Shown one piece after another: positions 12,962 to 26,641 of a stretch of DNA of 64,000 nucleotides. The position numbers were made by a program, and so were the translations under genes. This stretch comes from Eledone cirrhosa. Lineage: Eukaryota. Under the pieces are notes generated by a model. The model searched no databases. It had not been told where the DNA came from and was given only the letters and a program-made list of their open reading frames with translations. Position 1 is the first letter of the stretch; each line of letters starts with the position of its first letter. The stretch is from the NCBI GenBank assembly GCA_964016885.1, contig OZ024743.1, forward strand, positions 318,432,001 to 318,496,000, in the 5' to 3' direction.

Positions 12962-13650
12962 AATAATGAAATTATTGTATACAGTGCTCAGGTGCACTAC
13001 AACTCATCAAAGGTGCATGTATAGTACATAGAATAATGTACAAATATCAGGAAAATGAACAGTGTACGAGTCATGAAATACATGTGTGTGTGTGTATGGA
13101 GGGGGAACATCAGGTGTAGTGTTGGCGAATCTCAGGAAGCATGGAGGTTTTAAAGGATGCAGTGTCTCAACAGCTAATAACTGATGCTGGTAGTTTGTTC
13201 CATGCTTCAGCAACCCTGAGCGTGAAAAAATGTTTCCGAAAGTCATGGGAACTGTGCTGTTTTCTGACTTTGTAGGCATGTCCACGTGTGTTAGACACAT
13301 GGAAATCAAAAAGGTACCCAGGGTTGTTGTTGGCAAGATGGTTAACAATTTTGTGGGTGTTTACCAAATCAGTTATCAGACGTCAGAGCTTCAATGTATC
13401 CATGCCCAGGGAAGCAAGGCGTTCAGAGTATGGTAGATGCCTGGAGGGTATTCGCTTGGTTGCACATCTCTGAACAGTTTGCAGGCAGTTAATGTTCTGA
13501 GCAAGATAGGGGTTCCAGACTGGTGATGCAAATTCTAAGTGTGGCTGCACCATAGCCATGTACAGCCTTAAATAGATAGCTGGAGAGCGGCTGACAAAGG
13601 TCTTGCTGAGTGATGCTAAGACACCCTCGGCATTCTAGACAATTTTGAGA
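12962..13650 (-). mobile_element. CR1/L2-like LINE 3' fragment inserted in a Helitron 3' end (CTAG at 12800)
   Basis: RPHLEFAS..W and TRGHAYK...WNKLP motifs. Confidence 0.85.
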
Positions 13651-14040
13651 CGTGCTTCATCCAACACACGACTGTGACCTCTGGCGTGACGCAGTAATAC
13701 AGACCCCCCCCCCCCACGGGTACAAGCCGAAGCTGAAGCATATAGACAATATGCTCCCACATCCTCACACTGCAAAGTGGTTGTGGGGGTGCCACGGCAA
13801 AAAAGCACCCAGCCCATACTGTAAAGTGGATGTGTAGGTGCCATGGAAAAAAAGCACCCAGCACTCACTGTAAATGAGGTTGGTGTTAGGAAGGGCATCC
13901 AGCTGTAGAAATCAAGCAGAATCAGTTCCCGTATGAGCAAGGCATGGTCAGCCGACAAGACACTGCCCACAACAGGACAACCCGTCTAAGCCATGCTAGC
14001 GTGGAAGAACAGATGTAAAACAGTGATGATGATGATGATA
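13650..14040 (+). mobile_element. SINE 3' part with 47-bp units and RTE tail
   Basis: aaaagcacccag units, aggaagggcatccagc module and (GAT)n tail. Sister copy at 29950..30395. Confidence 0.8.
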
Positions 14041-15168
14041 GATATAGGACCGAGCTTTCTGGTGATATGCAGTAATACAGAAGACCCGACTTCCCACAGG
14101 CACAAGGTGAGGTATATACACAGTATGCCTCAACCCACCCTCCCATACACCCCCATAAGGACAGGCCAAAGTAAATGCATCCAGTGAAGTCCCCACCCAC
14201 ACTGATGGTGACACAGCAAAAAGTGCCCAGTCCACACTGTAAAGTTCTGTATCAGCAAACCATGGTCACTTGACCTAGCATTGCCCACAACAGGACAATT
14301 CGTCTAACCCATGCTAGCATAGAAAAATAGACAAAAACGGCGGTGATGATGATGATATATGTATATACACACAAATATATATATATATCATCATCATGAT
14401 ATATATATATAACAAAGAAGGTGTGGTAAGATACCAGGTGGACCATAACACACCAGAGTATTTGATACTTAGGGTAGTAGAGTGGGTAATAGGAAAAGAG
14501 TCAGGACCCCAATGGCTGAGCTCCAGCTGTTTCGACAGCTAGATCCAAACGGTTTGGATCTAGCTGTCAAAACAGCTGGAGCTCAGCCGTTGGGGTCCTG
14601 ACTCTTTTCCTATATATATATATATATTATATTGGTACCACAAAACATCCAGCCCACACTGTAAAGTAGTTGTGTAGGTGTCACGACAAAAAGCACCCAG
14701 CCCACATTGTAAAGTGGTCATGTAGGACAGGACACACAGCAAAAAGCACCCAGCACACACTATATATATATACATATATACACACACACATACCGTGTCA
14801 TAATGTTGTAATGCAGACAGCCAGGCATACAGACAGATATTATAAGGGCGCAACGTTATATCTATGTATCTATCTAAAAAGAGAAAGACCAAGAATTTTA
14901 AAGAGAGATCGCTAAATCGCCTAATGCGGTCCCTAGGGCAAGGAAATTTGAAATATTTTTTGCTCAAAACACTCACAGGACCATAAGTATTACATATGTA
15001 AAGTTTGAAAACAATCGGTTGGGTGGTTCTCCAGTTTTAGTGAATAGACAGACAGACAGACAGACATTCTCTGTTTTAAATATATAGATAATCCTTATCG
15101 AGCCCTCTTCCGATTTTGGTGGTACTGATGATGTCACTGGTGTGTGATGAAAAAACTTTGATAGACTA

Positions 15169-15199
<31 letters not shown>

Positions 15200-15376
15200 C
15201 TATATATTTAACCGTTGGTCAATCAATGATAAACATTGATTTCCAGCTAAATTAACTATAGGGATATAAAATATATAGAAGCGAAAACCAATCCCAACCA
15301 AACTGTGCCAAAAGTAGAAACAATTATTATTTCTGGCAATATTATAACAATGACCCTCCCCAAATATAAAAAAAAA

Positions 15377-15415
<39 letters not shown>

Positions 15416-15525
15416 GTGTATTAGTGTGTAACGTTTAGTTCACCAGTTTGACCAGGGACCGGGTGCCAATGTGGTACTCCACATTTTGTATTTCACCATA
15501 GTCGGTACCCTTATGAAACAGAAGG

Positions 15526-15700
15526 TTAATAATTGTTTCTACTTTTGGCACAAGGCCAGCAAATACCCAGTGTATTACTGGTACTTTATTTTATCGACCC
15601 CGTAAGGATGAAAGGCAAAGTTAACCTCGGCAGGATTTGAACTCAGAGTGGCAAGGGCCATAACTCTATGCGTCAAAGCATGGCGTCCGACCCTGAATGA
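15526..15700 (-). mobile_element. tRNA-related SINE, second family (other copies at 17394..17800 x2, 23650..23860, 32510..32710, 50990..51178, 53200..53392)
   Basis: gagttcaaatcc B-box-like motif plus conserved ggggtcgataaaataaagtaccag core and ggccttgtgcc...gaaacaatt tail. Confidence 0.8.
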
Positions 15701-16356
15701 AGATTCAATATAACATCATTGTATTTATTCATGTGTGACATGTTTTTTGCAATCAACCAGCTCAATGTACGATCACTAGTGATTGCACTTGCCTCTGGAA
15801 CTAATAGTTCATTAGACTTGTGGATTGTTGAATGAATATATATTACTAATATTTTTCACTGCTGTTATTCTGATTGATGCTATATTGCCTCTGATAACAC
15901 TATATATATATATTTGTCAAACAGAGGGCTGGAAGGATGCCTCAGTCATGTCAAGGACATGACTGCTTCCCTACATGATAAACGCACCCAGTACATGCTG
16001 TAAAGTGGTTAGTGATAGGAAGAGCATCCAGCCATAGAAAGCTTGCCAAACAAAGGGTTGGGAGGACCCTTCAGTTGTGTTAAAGACATGGCAACCTCTC
16101 CTGTGCACCCAGTAACATATGAGATGGCGGCAGCAATGTCACTGGTGATGACGACTGGTAATTGATTAGATTCAAATTAAAGTAATACAACTTTTAAAAC
16201 AATTGAAAACATTTTCAATTAAGTTAGGATAGTTTTCAAATAATTTCTACTAAAATGTTTTTACTATTTATTCATTAAACTAAAGTGAAAATAAATAAAA
16301 AAAGATTGGAGCTGCTGATGAAAATAGTTATTTTTTAATTCAATATTATATTATAG

Positions 16357-16471
16357 GTTGGTTTGTGTTTGAATCTTCGAAATCTTCCCTGGTATAATGA
16401 AACAGATCCCAACACATTTTTTCCTCGTTGTTATCTACTCTGTCATAGTGATGAAAAACAAGAATTTATTG
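16357..16471 (+). CDS. TTLL3: TTLL3-like exon 6 ([13 protein letters not shown]...FFPRCY)
   Basis: ttatag/gtaaat boundaries. [11 protein letters not shown]...FFPRCY is diagnostic of TTLL3/8. Confidence 0.95.
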
Positions 16472-17955
16472 GTAAATCTTCATGCTACATGTAAATGTGT
16501 GCCACTATCTGCTATTATTTTCTTTATATGATTAAAAAAAACATTATTCTAAAAAAATGTATTTTCTTTAATTTAAGCATCCTGTAGTTACACAGTGCAA
16601 CAAGTGTTTTAAGGTCATTTTCCCTGATATACATATATCTGTATATATATGTATATAAACCCTTATGTATTGAATTAGAAAAAAAAGAATTACTGCTCAC
16701 ACATATGTGGGTTTAGCTGGCCACCTACAAGGCTGCATTTCATGGGAAGTTTCTTGGGTATTTTAATGATAGGGGCCCCAGTCAATTCATGAAAAAGTGA
16801 CATGAAATGAAGTGTTTTGCTCAGGAACACAGTGCACCCTCCACTCTTGGAATAAAACCCATGACCTTATGATTGTAAGGCCAACACATAAAAAGAAAGT
16901 TAATACCATCCAATATGTAAATGGTCTACTGAATCTAATATTTGTGAGGAAACAAACTTCTTGCAGGACATTAAAACTTTTCTGACCATATTTCTAATGA
17001 AATAGATTGTATTTGAATTAGTTAATGCAAAATTTGGAGGGATTTGCTAAAATTATTAACTGTTTCATTATTAAGATGGTATATGAAACATAGCTTAGCA
17101 AAAGGTTCTTATATAAAATTATGCCAGAAAGCTGCAATTTAAATAGAAACCCTTTAAAATGGGTGTTTTTTTTGTGTCTAATGGAACCAGAGACTTTAAC
17201 TTTTTTTAATTTAAAACTGCCTAAAACCACCTATGATACAAAACTGTTTGTTTTAAAATGTTTAAGTTAATTATGATGGAGCTTTTTTAGATAAATCATC
17301 ATCATCATTTAATGGATGTTATATGATGATGATATATTTAAAATGTTACATCATATCAGAAACTTTGTTAAGTTAAGTTCCAAACATCAGTTTAATAATT
17401 GTTTCTACTTTAGGCACAAGGCCAGCAATTACCTAGTACATTACTGGTACTTTATTTTATCGACCCCGTAAGGATGAAAGGCAAAGTTAACCTCGGCGGG
17501 ATTTGAACTCAGACTGTAAAGGGATGTAACTATGCTAGAAAGCATGGCGTCCAACCCTTGACCGATACTGCCAATTCAGTTTAATAATTGTTTCTAATTT
17601 CGGTACAAGGCCAACAATTTTGGTGGGAGTGGAAAGTCGATTAAATTGACCCCAGCGCATTACTGGTGCTTTATTTTATTGAACCTGTAAAGATAAAAGG
17701 CAAAGCTAAACTCAGTGGGATTTGAACTCAGAACTTAAAGGGATGTTACTATATGCTGCAAAGCAAGGTATCTAATGATCTACCGATACTGCCAATCCTC
17801 TGCCCTAACATCAGTTTAATAATAAGATTATTGGTTATATTACTAAATCTTTCCAAATTCAGGATTATTTTGAAAACCATAGGTTTAAAATTGGGATATG
17901 TTTTTTTTGTTTAATTTTTAATTAATTTATTTTTCATTCTTCTTATTTTTTGCAG

Positions 17956-18165
17956 ATGACTTCAATCTAACTACCTGCATAAGTATTTTAAAAATTGTTA
18001 CTGAGACTTACAATTCAACCCATACAAAATCAAACAAGGAAAAGGAAGATGAGATAAGTACACCAGCTACAGTTGGCACACACATTATGAAAGCAACTGA
18101 AAATCTTAACAATTTCGGAGAAGAACCAGATTCTTTTGATTTGAATAATACTGAAAAGGAAAATA
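17956..18165 (+). CDS. TTLL3: TTLL3-like exon 7 (DDFNLTTCISILK... low-complexity insert)
   Basis: ttgcag acceptor and gtaaat donor at 18166. The phase fits exon 8. Confidence 0.85.
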
Positions 18166-18266
18166 GTAAATAGATTTCTTTCGTTCAATGAATAGAACTG
18201 TTTTTTTAAAAAAATCTTTTGATACCAAACTGCCTAAGCTTTTTATTTTAAGTGTTTATATTTATT

Positions 18267-18500
18267 TAACCCTTTAACATTGAAACCAGCCGTATCCAAC
18301 CAGAATTCTCTCCCCTCTTTCTGTTCAAACCGGCCATAACTTGTTACTCATACTGATGTTACTCATACTGATGTTACTCATACTGATGTTCTCAAAATAA
18401 ATAATATCAAAATCTCATAGATTCGATATTATGTGAGATAAAGCCTTTATCACAAAAATACAATAGTATATATAGAGTAATGTAAATGCTAAAGGGTCAA
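18267..18500. mobile_element. piggyBac-like MITE nested in an older related MITE
   Basis: ttaaccctttaacatt ... aatgctaaagggtcaa inverted termini with TTAA-like flanks. Confidence 0.55.
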
Positions 18501-19216
18501 AACCCTTTCATCATAATTTTATGTAAGAACCTTTGTTAAGTTATTTTCGAAACACCAGGTTAATAAAAATAAAGTTAAAGTTAATATTGCTAAATCCATC
18601 CAAATTCTTGAATATTTTCAAAATTGATTGAAAAGTATACGCAGTTCTTTTCATTAGAAATAGTGTAGCAAAGGGGGTTAAGTATTTATATTTATATAAA
18701 AACCCTCCACAGTTATATGTAAGAACCTTTCAGCTCTGCTTCAAACACCAGACAAATAATGAGAAATTTAGTTATATTACTAAATCCCTCCAAAGTCTTC
18801 TTTACCCACTTATTTCTGGGAGGGTCATGGAGGCAGAGCCCTTAAACACTCTTTTCAGCGAGTCCTGTCAGAAGCAACTATCTCCAATTGATCTGGCTGG
18901 ATCCCCAAGTGAAACCTATTGAGCTCATGGATTTTATCCAACCATCTTGCTCGGGGATCTACCCCTGGGTCTCCTGCCAGTTGGTTTTGCCCATAAAATC
19001 TGTCCAGTGATTCTTTCTGAGACATTCTAACCACATGTCTCTGGGGTGGTTTTGGGTGGTTTGGTATCAAAAGGGTTAAAATAATTGACACCTTCTTTAA
19101 CTCTGTTAGTTTCAACTGAAAATATTGAAATTCCTTCACATGTGTGATGTTTGTTTCTTATCTTTAATACTATTGTCTTATTTCTTTGTATTCTTGTCTC
19201 TTATTGTGCTGTTAAG

Positions 19217-19338
19217 AAAAGAAATCCAAAAGAGAAATGCTTACATTATTAGCAGACATAGTTGAAAAGGCTGTCAAGCAATGTAATCTATTTATAAGCA
19301 GCAAGGACAACCAAGATCTTGATTTTAAATATGAAAAA
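19217..19338 (+). CDS. TTLL3: TTLL3-like exon 8 (...IVEKAVKQCNLFISSKDNQDLD...)
   Basis: ag/gtgag boundaries, in frame. Resembles the TTLL3 A..C..F....H.DID segment. Confidence 0.85.
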
Positions 19339-20568
19339 GTGAGAGTTATATTAGTTTTTTTTTGCTACCCAGTTTTATTTATGTTTTGGAGTGAAATCAT
19401 GTGTATATGTGTGTGTGTGAGTGTGGTATATGTGTATGTTTCTGCATGGCTTAATGGTTAGAGTGTTTGGTTCATGATTGTAAGGTTGTACATTTGATTC
19501 CTGACTGTGTGTTGTGTCCATAAGCAATACACTTTAATTCTCATTTCCCGTCCATTCAGATGGGAAAAATGAGTTGTACCTGAGTGCATTTAATTGTGAT
19601 ATCAGCACTACTACTTCCCAGAATGAACTGGGTGCCTTTTATCATGGCACTAACACTAGAGAGGTTGTCAAGTCCAAGACAGGACCAAATGGTCATATAC
19701 AGCATATAAAAGTTCCCTTGGAAAGCTGAACTTAAACTCTTTTATTATAGCATGGAGGATTACAATAAACAAGAGTGGGCTAAGGATTGAACCCTGATGA
19801 ACACCTACCTGCATTCCTACCAGAATTCCTCACTAAACTCATTGCCTACTCTCAGTTTGCTGATAGCACCTCTGTACATGGCTTACACTGTTCTTATAAG
19901 CCACTCATCTACTCCCAGTTTCCTTAAGGACCACCAGATAACAGATCATGGTATTCTGTCAAGGGCCTTCTCTTGGACAACAAAAGCTAGATGTATCAAC
20001 AGCTTACACTTAGCTAGGAAATTTTCAAAATGGTCTGTGGTTCTTTCTGGCACAAAACCAAACTGTCTCATCTGATTTGATTCTTTCCCTAATTAGTTAT
20101 GCTAACACTTTGTTACTTTCATATCTTGATCCATTAGTTTTATGCCACTATAGTTGCTCCTTTCTAGATCATCTCTTTTCCTTTGTAACAATTCATGATT
20201 ATATTGTTACACCAGATATTATTAGATATGACATCATCATGTATTACCTGATGAACTCTATAGTTGAGTATCCCTACTTTTACTTCAAATAATTTCAGTA
20301 TCTTAGCAACTATCTTTGATGGTCCAGCAACTTTTCCATTTTTTTTTTATTCCTCTGTTTCTTTGAACCTGTAAATGTCAACTTTGATAGCCAGTCCTTC
20401 TGTTGAGTTTACTGGGGGCAGTCCTTTCTCTTTCCACCCATTTTCCATATTCATCAACCTCTTATAACATTTCCAAGCCTCCTTCTGAGCATCAGTAGGG
20501 CTTAGTGCACCAGTGTCATTCCAAACATGCCCCCCCCCCACCCCCCCAGTACATTTTGATTTACATTG

Positions 20569-20910
20569 GCATATGGCTTAGTGGTTAGAGCATTGGTCTT
20601 GCAATTGAAAGGTTGTGAGTTCAATTCTCAGACCGGGTGGTGTGTTGTTTCCTTGAGCAAGACACTTTATTTCACATTGCTCCAGTTTACTCAGCTGTAG
20701 AAATGAGATGATAGGGACCCCAGTCCCTATCATTCCACTGCAAAGCGGTCGTGTAGGTGTCATGGCAAAAAGCACCCACCACTCACTGTAAATGAGGTTG
20801 GTGTTAGGAAGGGCATCCAGCTGTAGAAATCAGGCAGAATCAGTTCCCGTCCCACCCTTGCAAGCAGGGAAAAGCAGACGTAAAATGAAATGATGAAATG
20901 ATGATGATAT
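20569..20910 (+). mobile_element. Full-length tRNA-CORE SINE with RTE 3' tail (inverted sister at 31398..31735)
   Basis: A box tggcttagtgg, B box gagttcaattc, CORE-like ccttgagcaagacacttt, 47-bp unit, and a tail matching the RTE 3' end at 33245..33300. Confidence 0.88.
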
Positions 20911-22844
20911 GCTTTGCTATGCAGAACACTTCATGCTACTTATTTTATAGAATGTTGGCAAGCCTCCTGCCTTCATCCTCTTTACATATTATATATACCT
21001 GTTGTCTAACATCTCTTTTAGCTACTTGCTATTGTTCTTTGCCTCCTTTTTTTATGCTTATCTTTTATCTTTATTGATTCTGTCTACAGTGCTATTTCCC
21101 TATCAGGTCACTCTTTGTCTGGTTGGTATCTTGCCCCAGCCATATATCTCATCAGTAGCCTGCTGTTGGTTGTCCTGTAGAAATTTCCAATTGTCCTCAC
21201 TCATATGTGTCTATCTTCTCCTCCTTATTGTACATGCCATTTTGGTAGGTGATCAAGTGGTTGGCCAGTTTCCTGAAGTTAGGTCATTTACATCACACAC
21301 ACAGACACATAAATAGTTAGGTCATTTACATCACAAAATTCCCGAAGACTTGATCCCTTTTCATTTTTTTCATATCTATGGCCACTTTGCACTCCAAAGC
21401 AACCATCCTGGTGTTGACAAATATGTCTATTGAAGTTTCCCACCAGGATGATGAACTTGATATTTTCTGTTATTGAAGTTGCCTGTAAAATCCTCATATT
21501 TGTCTATTATCAGAGGCAGTAAAAATAAAAATAAACCAACAACACTCCTGAAAATGAGACCAAATTATGGACCTAAGGGGTTTGTGGTTCCAAATAAACT
21601 TTAGAGCCCATATTATAAAATACAAGATTCTAATAAAGAAATTAAAACTGGAAAGTAGTTGAGTCTTCAGCAACAAGAAGCCCATACACAGGTCCCTACA
21701 CACACACACACACACACACACATAGAGGCCCATTCACACACAAGCCCATATACATACACACAGGCCCATACACACACACTCACACACAGGCCCATATGCA
21801 CACATATATATAGACCCATATACACACTCACAAATTCATACATACATTTCCTTCTTCTATACATCCGTAACTGGTGCCATGATGAAGTTTCTACTGCAGC
21901 TCACCCTGTCTTGAATTGCTGCCTGAATTTCCCCTGCTTTCAACCCAGTGTCAAATTCAAGAATATTTTTCAGTGTGGTGGTTGGTCTCCTAACTTATCT
22001 GCATATATCAGGTTTCCAGAAAAGGACTCTACCAGCAGGTTCATTGTGATATTTCACATATCTGGCTGATGTTAGCCTCTTATGCCTTATAGAACATAAT
22101 CTTTCTAGAAATAAATTGTAAAAATATACCTTCTTCTTTGCCCACTTATTCCTAAGAGGGTTGTGGGGTCAGAGTTCTCAAACACTCTTTTCAGCGGGTC
22201 CTGTAAGAAGCAACTGTCTCCAACTGATCAGGCTGGATCCCCAAGCTCATGGATGTTATCCAACCATCTTACTTGGGATCTACCCCTGGGTCTCTTGCCG
22301 GTTGGTTTTGCCCATAAAATCTGTCCAGCAATATATGTTTAAGTAATATAATAATTGTTTTTGCTTCCAGCCAGGTCACTTTGGCTACAAACCCAGGTGC
22401 CACTGCTCACAATGCAAAGGGGAGGAAGATAACCAAATATAAGGGCTTGACCAACCGCTAATTTTTGCGCTGGTTGCTGTCAAGACCTCATGTGTCCTCA
22501 GTCTCCACAGTGCTAATTTCCTCTGAAAAATTGGGAAGATTGCAGCCCACCTGATGAATGAGCCTGATGAGGCAGGGTGGTTGTTGCAGCAGGTGTCACT
22601 GGTAATTGTCTGTGGTAATACCTTTGACATTTTGTCCTCAAGGCATAACTGAAACATACCACTCAGACTGGGATAGAGCCTGTCATTCTGTCAACATTTA
22701 CCCTTTCTTTCATTGCTTAATTTCTTTTTTCTCTCTATCTTTTTCCTTTCATTAGTGTTTCCTTTGATCTTTCTGATGAATAGAATAAAAATACAAATAT
22801 TAATACGTTTTCTTTTTTGTTCATTTTTTTTCTCTATTTTATAG

Positions 22845-22900
22845 TCTCTAAATGAAGCTGAATTAGCAGACTTACGTGACTGGCATTATCGAGTATCACA
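22845..22900 (+). CDS. TTLL3: TTLL3-like exon 9 (SLNEAELADLRDWHYRVS)
   Basis: Long pyrimidine tract with atag acceptor and gtaagt donor. Phase 0 to 2 fits. Confidence 0.85.
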
Positions 22901-23959
22901 GTAAGTATGTTGTTTTCATTAATGTTTAAACCTTTTCATACAAATATACCTGAAATTGCCCCTTGTTCTATGATACAAACTTATTTATTTCAGTGTTTAT
23001 CATCATCATCATTTAACGTCTATCTTCCATGCTAGCATGGGTTAGACAGGTTTGTCCCATTTGAGGCAAGTCTCACTTGTATAGGACTGTTTTTGGCTGG
23101 TTTTCTCTGGCTGGATGCCCTTCCTAATGCCAACCACATTTCCAGTGTGTGCTGGATGTTTTTTGCTGTGTCTTTTACACGACAACTTTACTGTGTGGAC
23201 TGGGTGCTTTTTGTTGTGACACCTGCACGACCTCTTTAGTTTGGACTGGATGTTTTGTGGTACCAACATAACTTTACAGAGTAAGCAATTGTTGGATGGG
23301 TCTTCATAGGCTGAATCAGTACTGAAGCCGGTCTACTGCCATCCCAGAGAGGCCAAGAGCCTGAATCTTGCTTACATATGGTCTATTAAGTGCATTTTAT
23401 CATGGCACCAGCAGTAGTGATTGTTGTCATGTTCTGAGACAACTGATAGAATCTCCCAACACTTTGTTTGGCAAGTTTTCTACCCTACAGCATGTACTGG
23501 GTGTATTTATTGTGTAGATCACCAACACTAGGTTGCCATTTCTTGGTACAACTGAAGGGTCCTTCCAACTTTTTGTTTACATTTTTTTAAAAATCTTCCG
23601 TCATAATTTTATATAGGAATCTTTGTTAAGTTATGTTCCAAACACTAGATTATTTCTAAATTAGGCACAAAGCCTATAATTCTGGGGAAGGGAAAGTTGG
23701 TTAAATTGACCCCAGTACTTTACTGGTACTTTTATTATCCCCGGAAAAAAGGCAGAGTTGATCTTGGTGGGATTTGAACTTAGAGTTTAAGGAGCCATAA
23801 CTAATTACTACAAAGCATTTTGTCTGACACTCTAATGATTCTATCAATCCATCACCCCTTAATTATGAGAAAGTAATTTTACTAAATTCCCCAAGATTCT
23901 AGAATATTTTCAAAATTAATAATCAATGCCTTTCATTAGAAATATGATGATAGCGTGTT

Positions 23960-25040
23960 TCCCCTATATAAGACAGGTCTTATATTATTTTTCCCTAAAA
24001 AAAGGCACTCGGGCTTACTTTCAGGGTAGGGTTTATATATTTTACACAAAAAGGAGCCCTCAGCTTGTAACAAGGATATCTTACTTGACGCTTTTGACAA
24101 TAAGGAAGAAGAAATAGTGACATACAATATAGATGAGTAGTAGGAGTTCCTTAGAGATAATTTACTGAAGGCTACAAATGAGGTATGTGGCTGGAGTAGG
24201 GATCCGGGGAGTAGAAGAGTGACTTGGTGGTGGATGAAACAGTTAAGGCCAAGAGACAGACATAGAAGGAATGACAAAATGGGGGTAGCAGAGAGCTTTA
24301 CGAAGTGGCAAGGAAAGAAGTGAGGTGTGTACTTTGAAAGGAGGGAAATGGAAAGTAAAAATCTTATGCATGTTATATGGCATGATAACCAAAGATGTGA
24401 GGTGTTCAGGATTGCAAGGCAGCATGTCAGGGAAAATTGTAATGTTGTGGGAGAGAATTGTGTTTGTGATGACAATGGGTCACTTACACTCACTGAAACT
24501 GAAAAGAAGGCAGCAACGAAGTGTCTTTTTGAGGAAAATGTGTGGGAAGAAGATAGCCTATCTCAAGTGGACACTACAGAGGGACCAAATTAGGGATTAA
24601 ATTAACTTAGATGAGATGCAGTTAAAATTTGTGCCAGAAAAAAGTACCATGGATGCCCTCTTCCTTGAGAGACAACTACAGAAGTATCTAGCTAAAAGCA
24701 AACCCTTGTACTTAGCATTTGTTGACTTAGAAAAAGCTTTTGACAGGGTTCCCCATTCTGTAATCTGGTGAGCTCTTAGGAAACTAGGAGTAGAAGAGTG
24801 GCTAGTGAGGCTGGTACAAGCCAAGTACTAAGGTCCTGTCAACAAGTTAATGACTATAGTGAGGAGTTTAGTGTGCAAATTGGGGATCTACCAAAGCTCC
24901 GTTCTTAACCCTCTCCTGTTTATTATCACCCTCCAGGCTATAACAGAAGAGTTTAAAACGGGATGCCCTTCGAAACTCCTGTATGCAGATGATCTAACTT
25001 TCATAGCTGAATCTATGACAGAACTAGAGAAAAGATTCCT
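23960..25040 (+). mobile_element. RTE LINE internal fragment
   Basis: FVDLEKAFD, SVLNPLLF and LLYADDL motifs with many stops. Confidence 0.85.
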
Positions 25041-25419
25041 GACAAATAAACAATAGATTATAGCTGCATGGAGCAGAGTGACTGATCTATATATATGTAA
25101 TCCAGACACTTAGACCAGTTAGAGAAAAACACATCATTCGTTTTATTTTGCATAACTTTTTGTTTTTGTATTTGAAAAGAGGGTGAAATATTATGTTGAA
25201 ATATACTGGGTAAGAAACATTATTTTGTTTTGTTTTATTTATCATCCTTTGCCCATTATATATTTCTAGCACATTGTACCAGCTTTCTGAAACACTTATC
25301 AGTCATTTATTTCATATCTCACAATGCTTCATATTAACTATACTACTTTACCCCAATGAATATTATATATGCTGCTAGATTCATTAAAACTGCTAGATTC
25401 ATTAAAAATGCTACATCAT

Positions 25420-26360
25420 CATCATTGTTTTTACGCCTGTTTTTCCATGCTTGCAGGTCCTTCTCAGCATCTCTCCACTCACCATGCTTCTTCGTCATTT
25501 CGTTTGTGTGTCTCAGTGATTTGAGGTCAGCTCTCACCACCCCTGTCCAAGTCTTTCTTGGTCTACCTTTACAGCAGCTTCTTTCTACTGGCATTTCCTG
25601 GCACTTCTTCACTCATTGATTATCATCCATGTGCATCACATGTCCATACCAACGCATTCTTCTCTCCTGCACACAACCTCGGATTCCTCTTAAACACTGT
25701 TTCTCCCTCAGCCAAGCTCTACATTTCTCTCACATTTACATTGCACATTCAACATAGCATGGCTGCTTCATATCTCTCTAGTCTACGCATGCCATCTGCA
25801 GTCACTGCCCCCATGTTTCACTACCATGTAGCATCACACTTTGTACACTGGCATCATACAATCATCCTTTTGTACATGGGGAGAAACCTTTGGTTGTCAA
25901 CAGTAGGAGTAGCTCTCTAAGCTTCTTCCATCCTATCCTTATTCTAGCTATTATGCTCTCAGAGCACCCTTCTCTGTTGTTAATTAAATCACCTAGATAG
26001 CAGAAGCTATCAACCACTTGATCTTTCCCAGGACACTCCTGTGCATCTTCTACACACAGTCTTCCTTTCCTGTTATCCCACTACATCTTTTGTATACCCA
26101 AGATTTACATTGTGTACATTGTATGAAATGTATGCCTACTCCTTTTCTACATATGGAGTAGGGCCACTTCCCTAAAGGGATCAGGGTTTCTATCTTCTTT
26201 CCTCCACACTAGCACTTTACTTTTAGCTAAGTTTACTCTCAGACCCTTTGATTCCAAATTCTGTTTCCATAGATGGAACTTATTTTCTAGTTCTTTTATG
26301 GATATAGCTATAAGGACCAACTCATCTGCATAGAGAAGTTCCCATGGACAGCCATTCATT
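25420..26360 (-). mobile_element. RTE LINE 3' fragment
   Basis: CPWELLYADEL, GRPRKTW and tail. Confidence 0.85.
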
Positions 26361-26489
26361 AAAAATGCTAACTTCATTAAAAATGCTACACTCATTAAAA
26401 AATGCTACATTTATTAAAAATGCTAGATTCATTAAAAAATGTTAATATTTCATAAATTTTACATTCAAATAGTGGTTAATATTTTTTAG

Positions 26490-26641
26490 TTCTGATTTAA
26501 ACATCGAAGGTGTGACTTCAGGATTAGCTAACCTATGTGAAAACACCTTGAAACGGCTTCGATTAAAATGTCCTCAAATGTATATGGATGGCAAACGCAA
26601 TATTTGGATCATTAAACCAGGTGCTCAGTCTCGAGGAAGGG
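26490..26641 (+). CDS. TTLL3: TTLL3-like exon 10 (...PQMYMDGKRNIWIIKPGAQSRGRG)
   Basis: ttttag/gttagt boundaries. ATP-grasp WIxKP..SRGRG motif. Confidence 0.95.

Noticed and set aside
20569-20645. tRNA gene
   Set aside because: This is the tRNA-derived head of a SINE, with no complete cloverleaf, and it continues into CORE and LINE tail.
22551-22580. Two CTGATGA motifs (another at about 15127)
   Set aside because: No properly placed GAAA, stem III and UH, so not a hammerhead.
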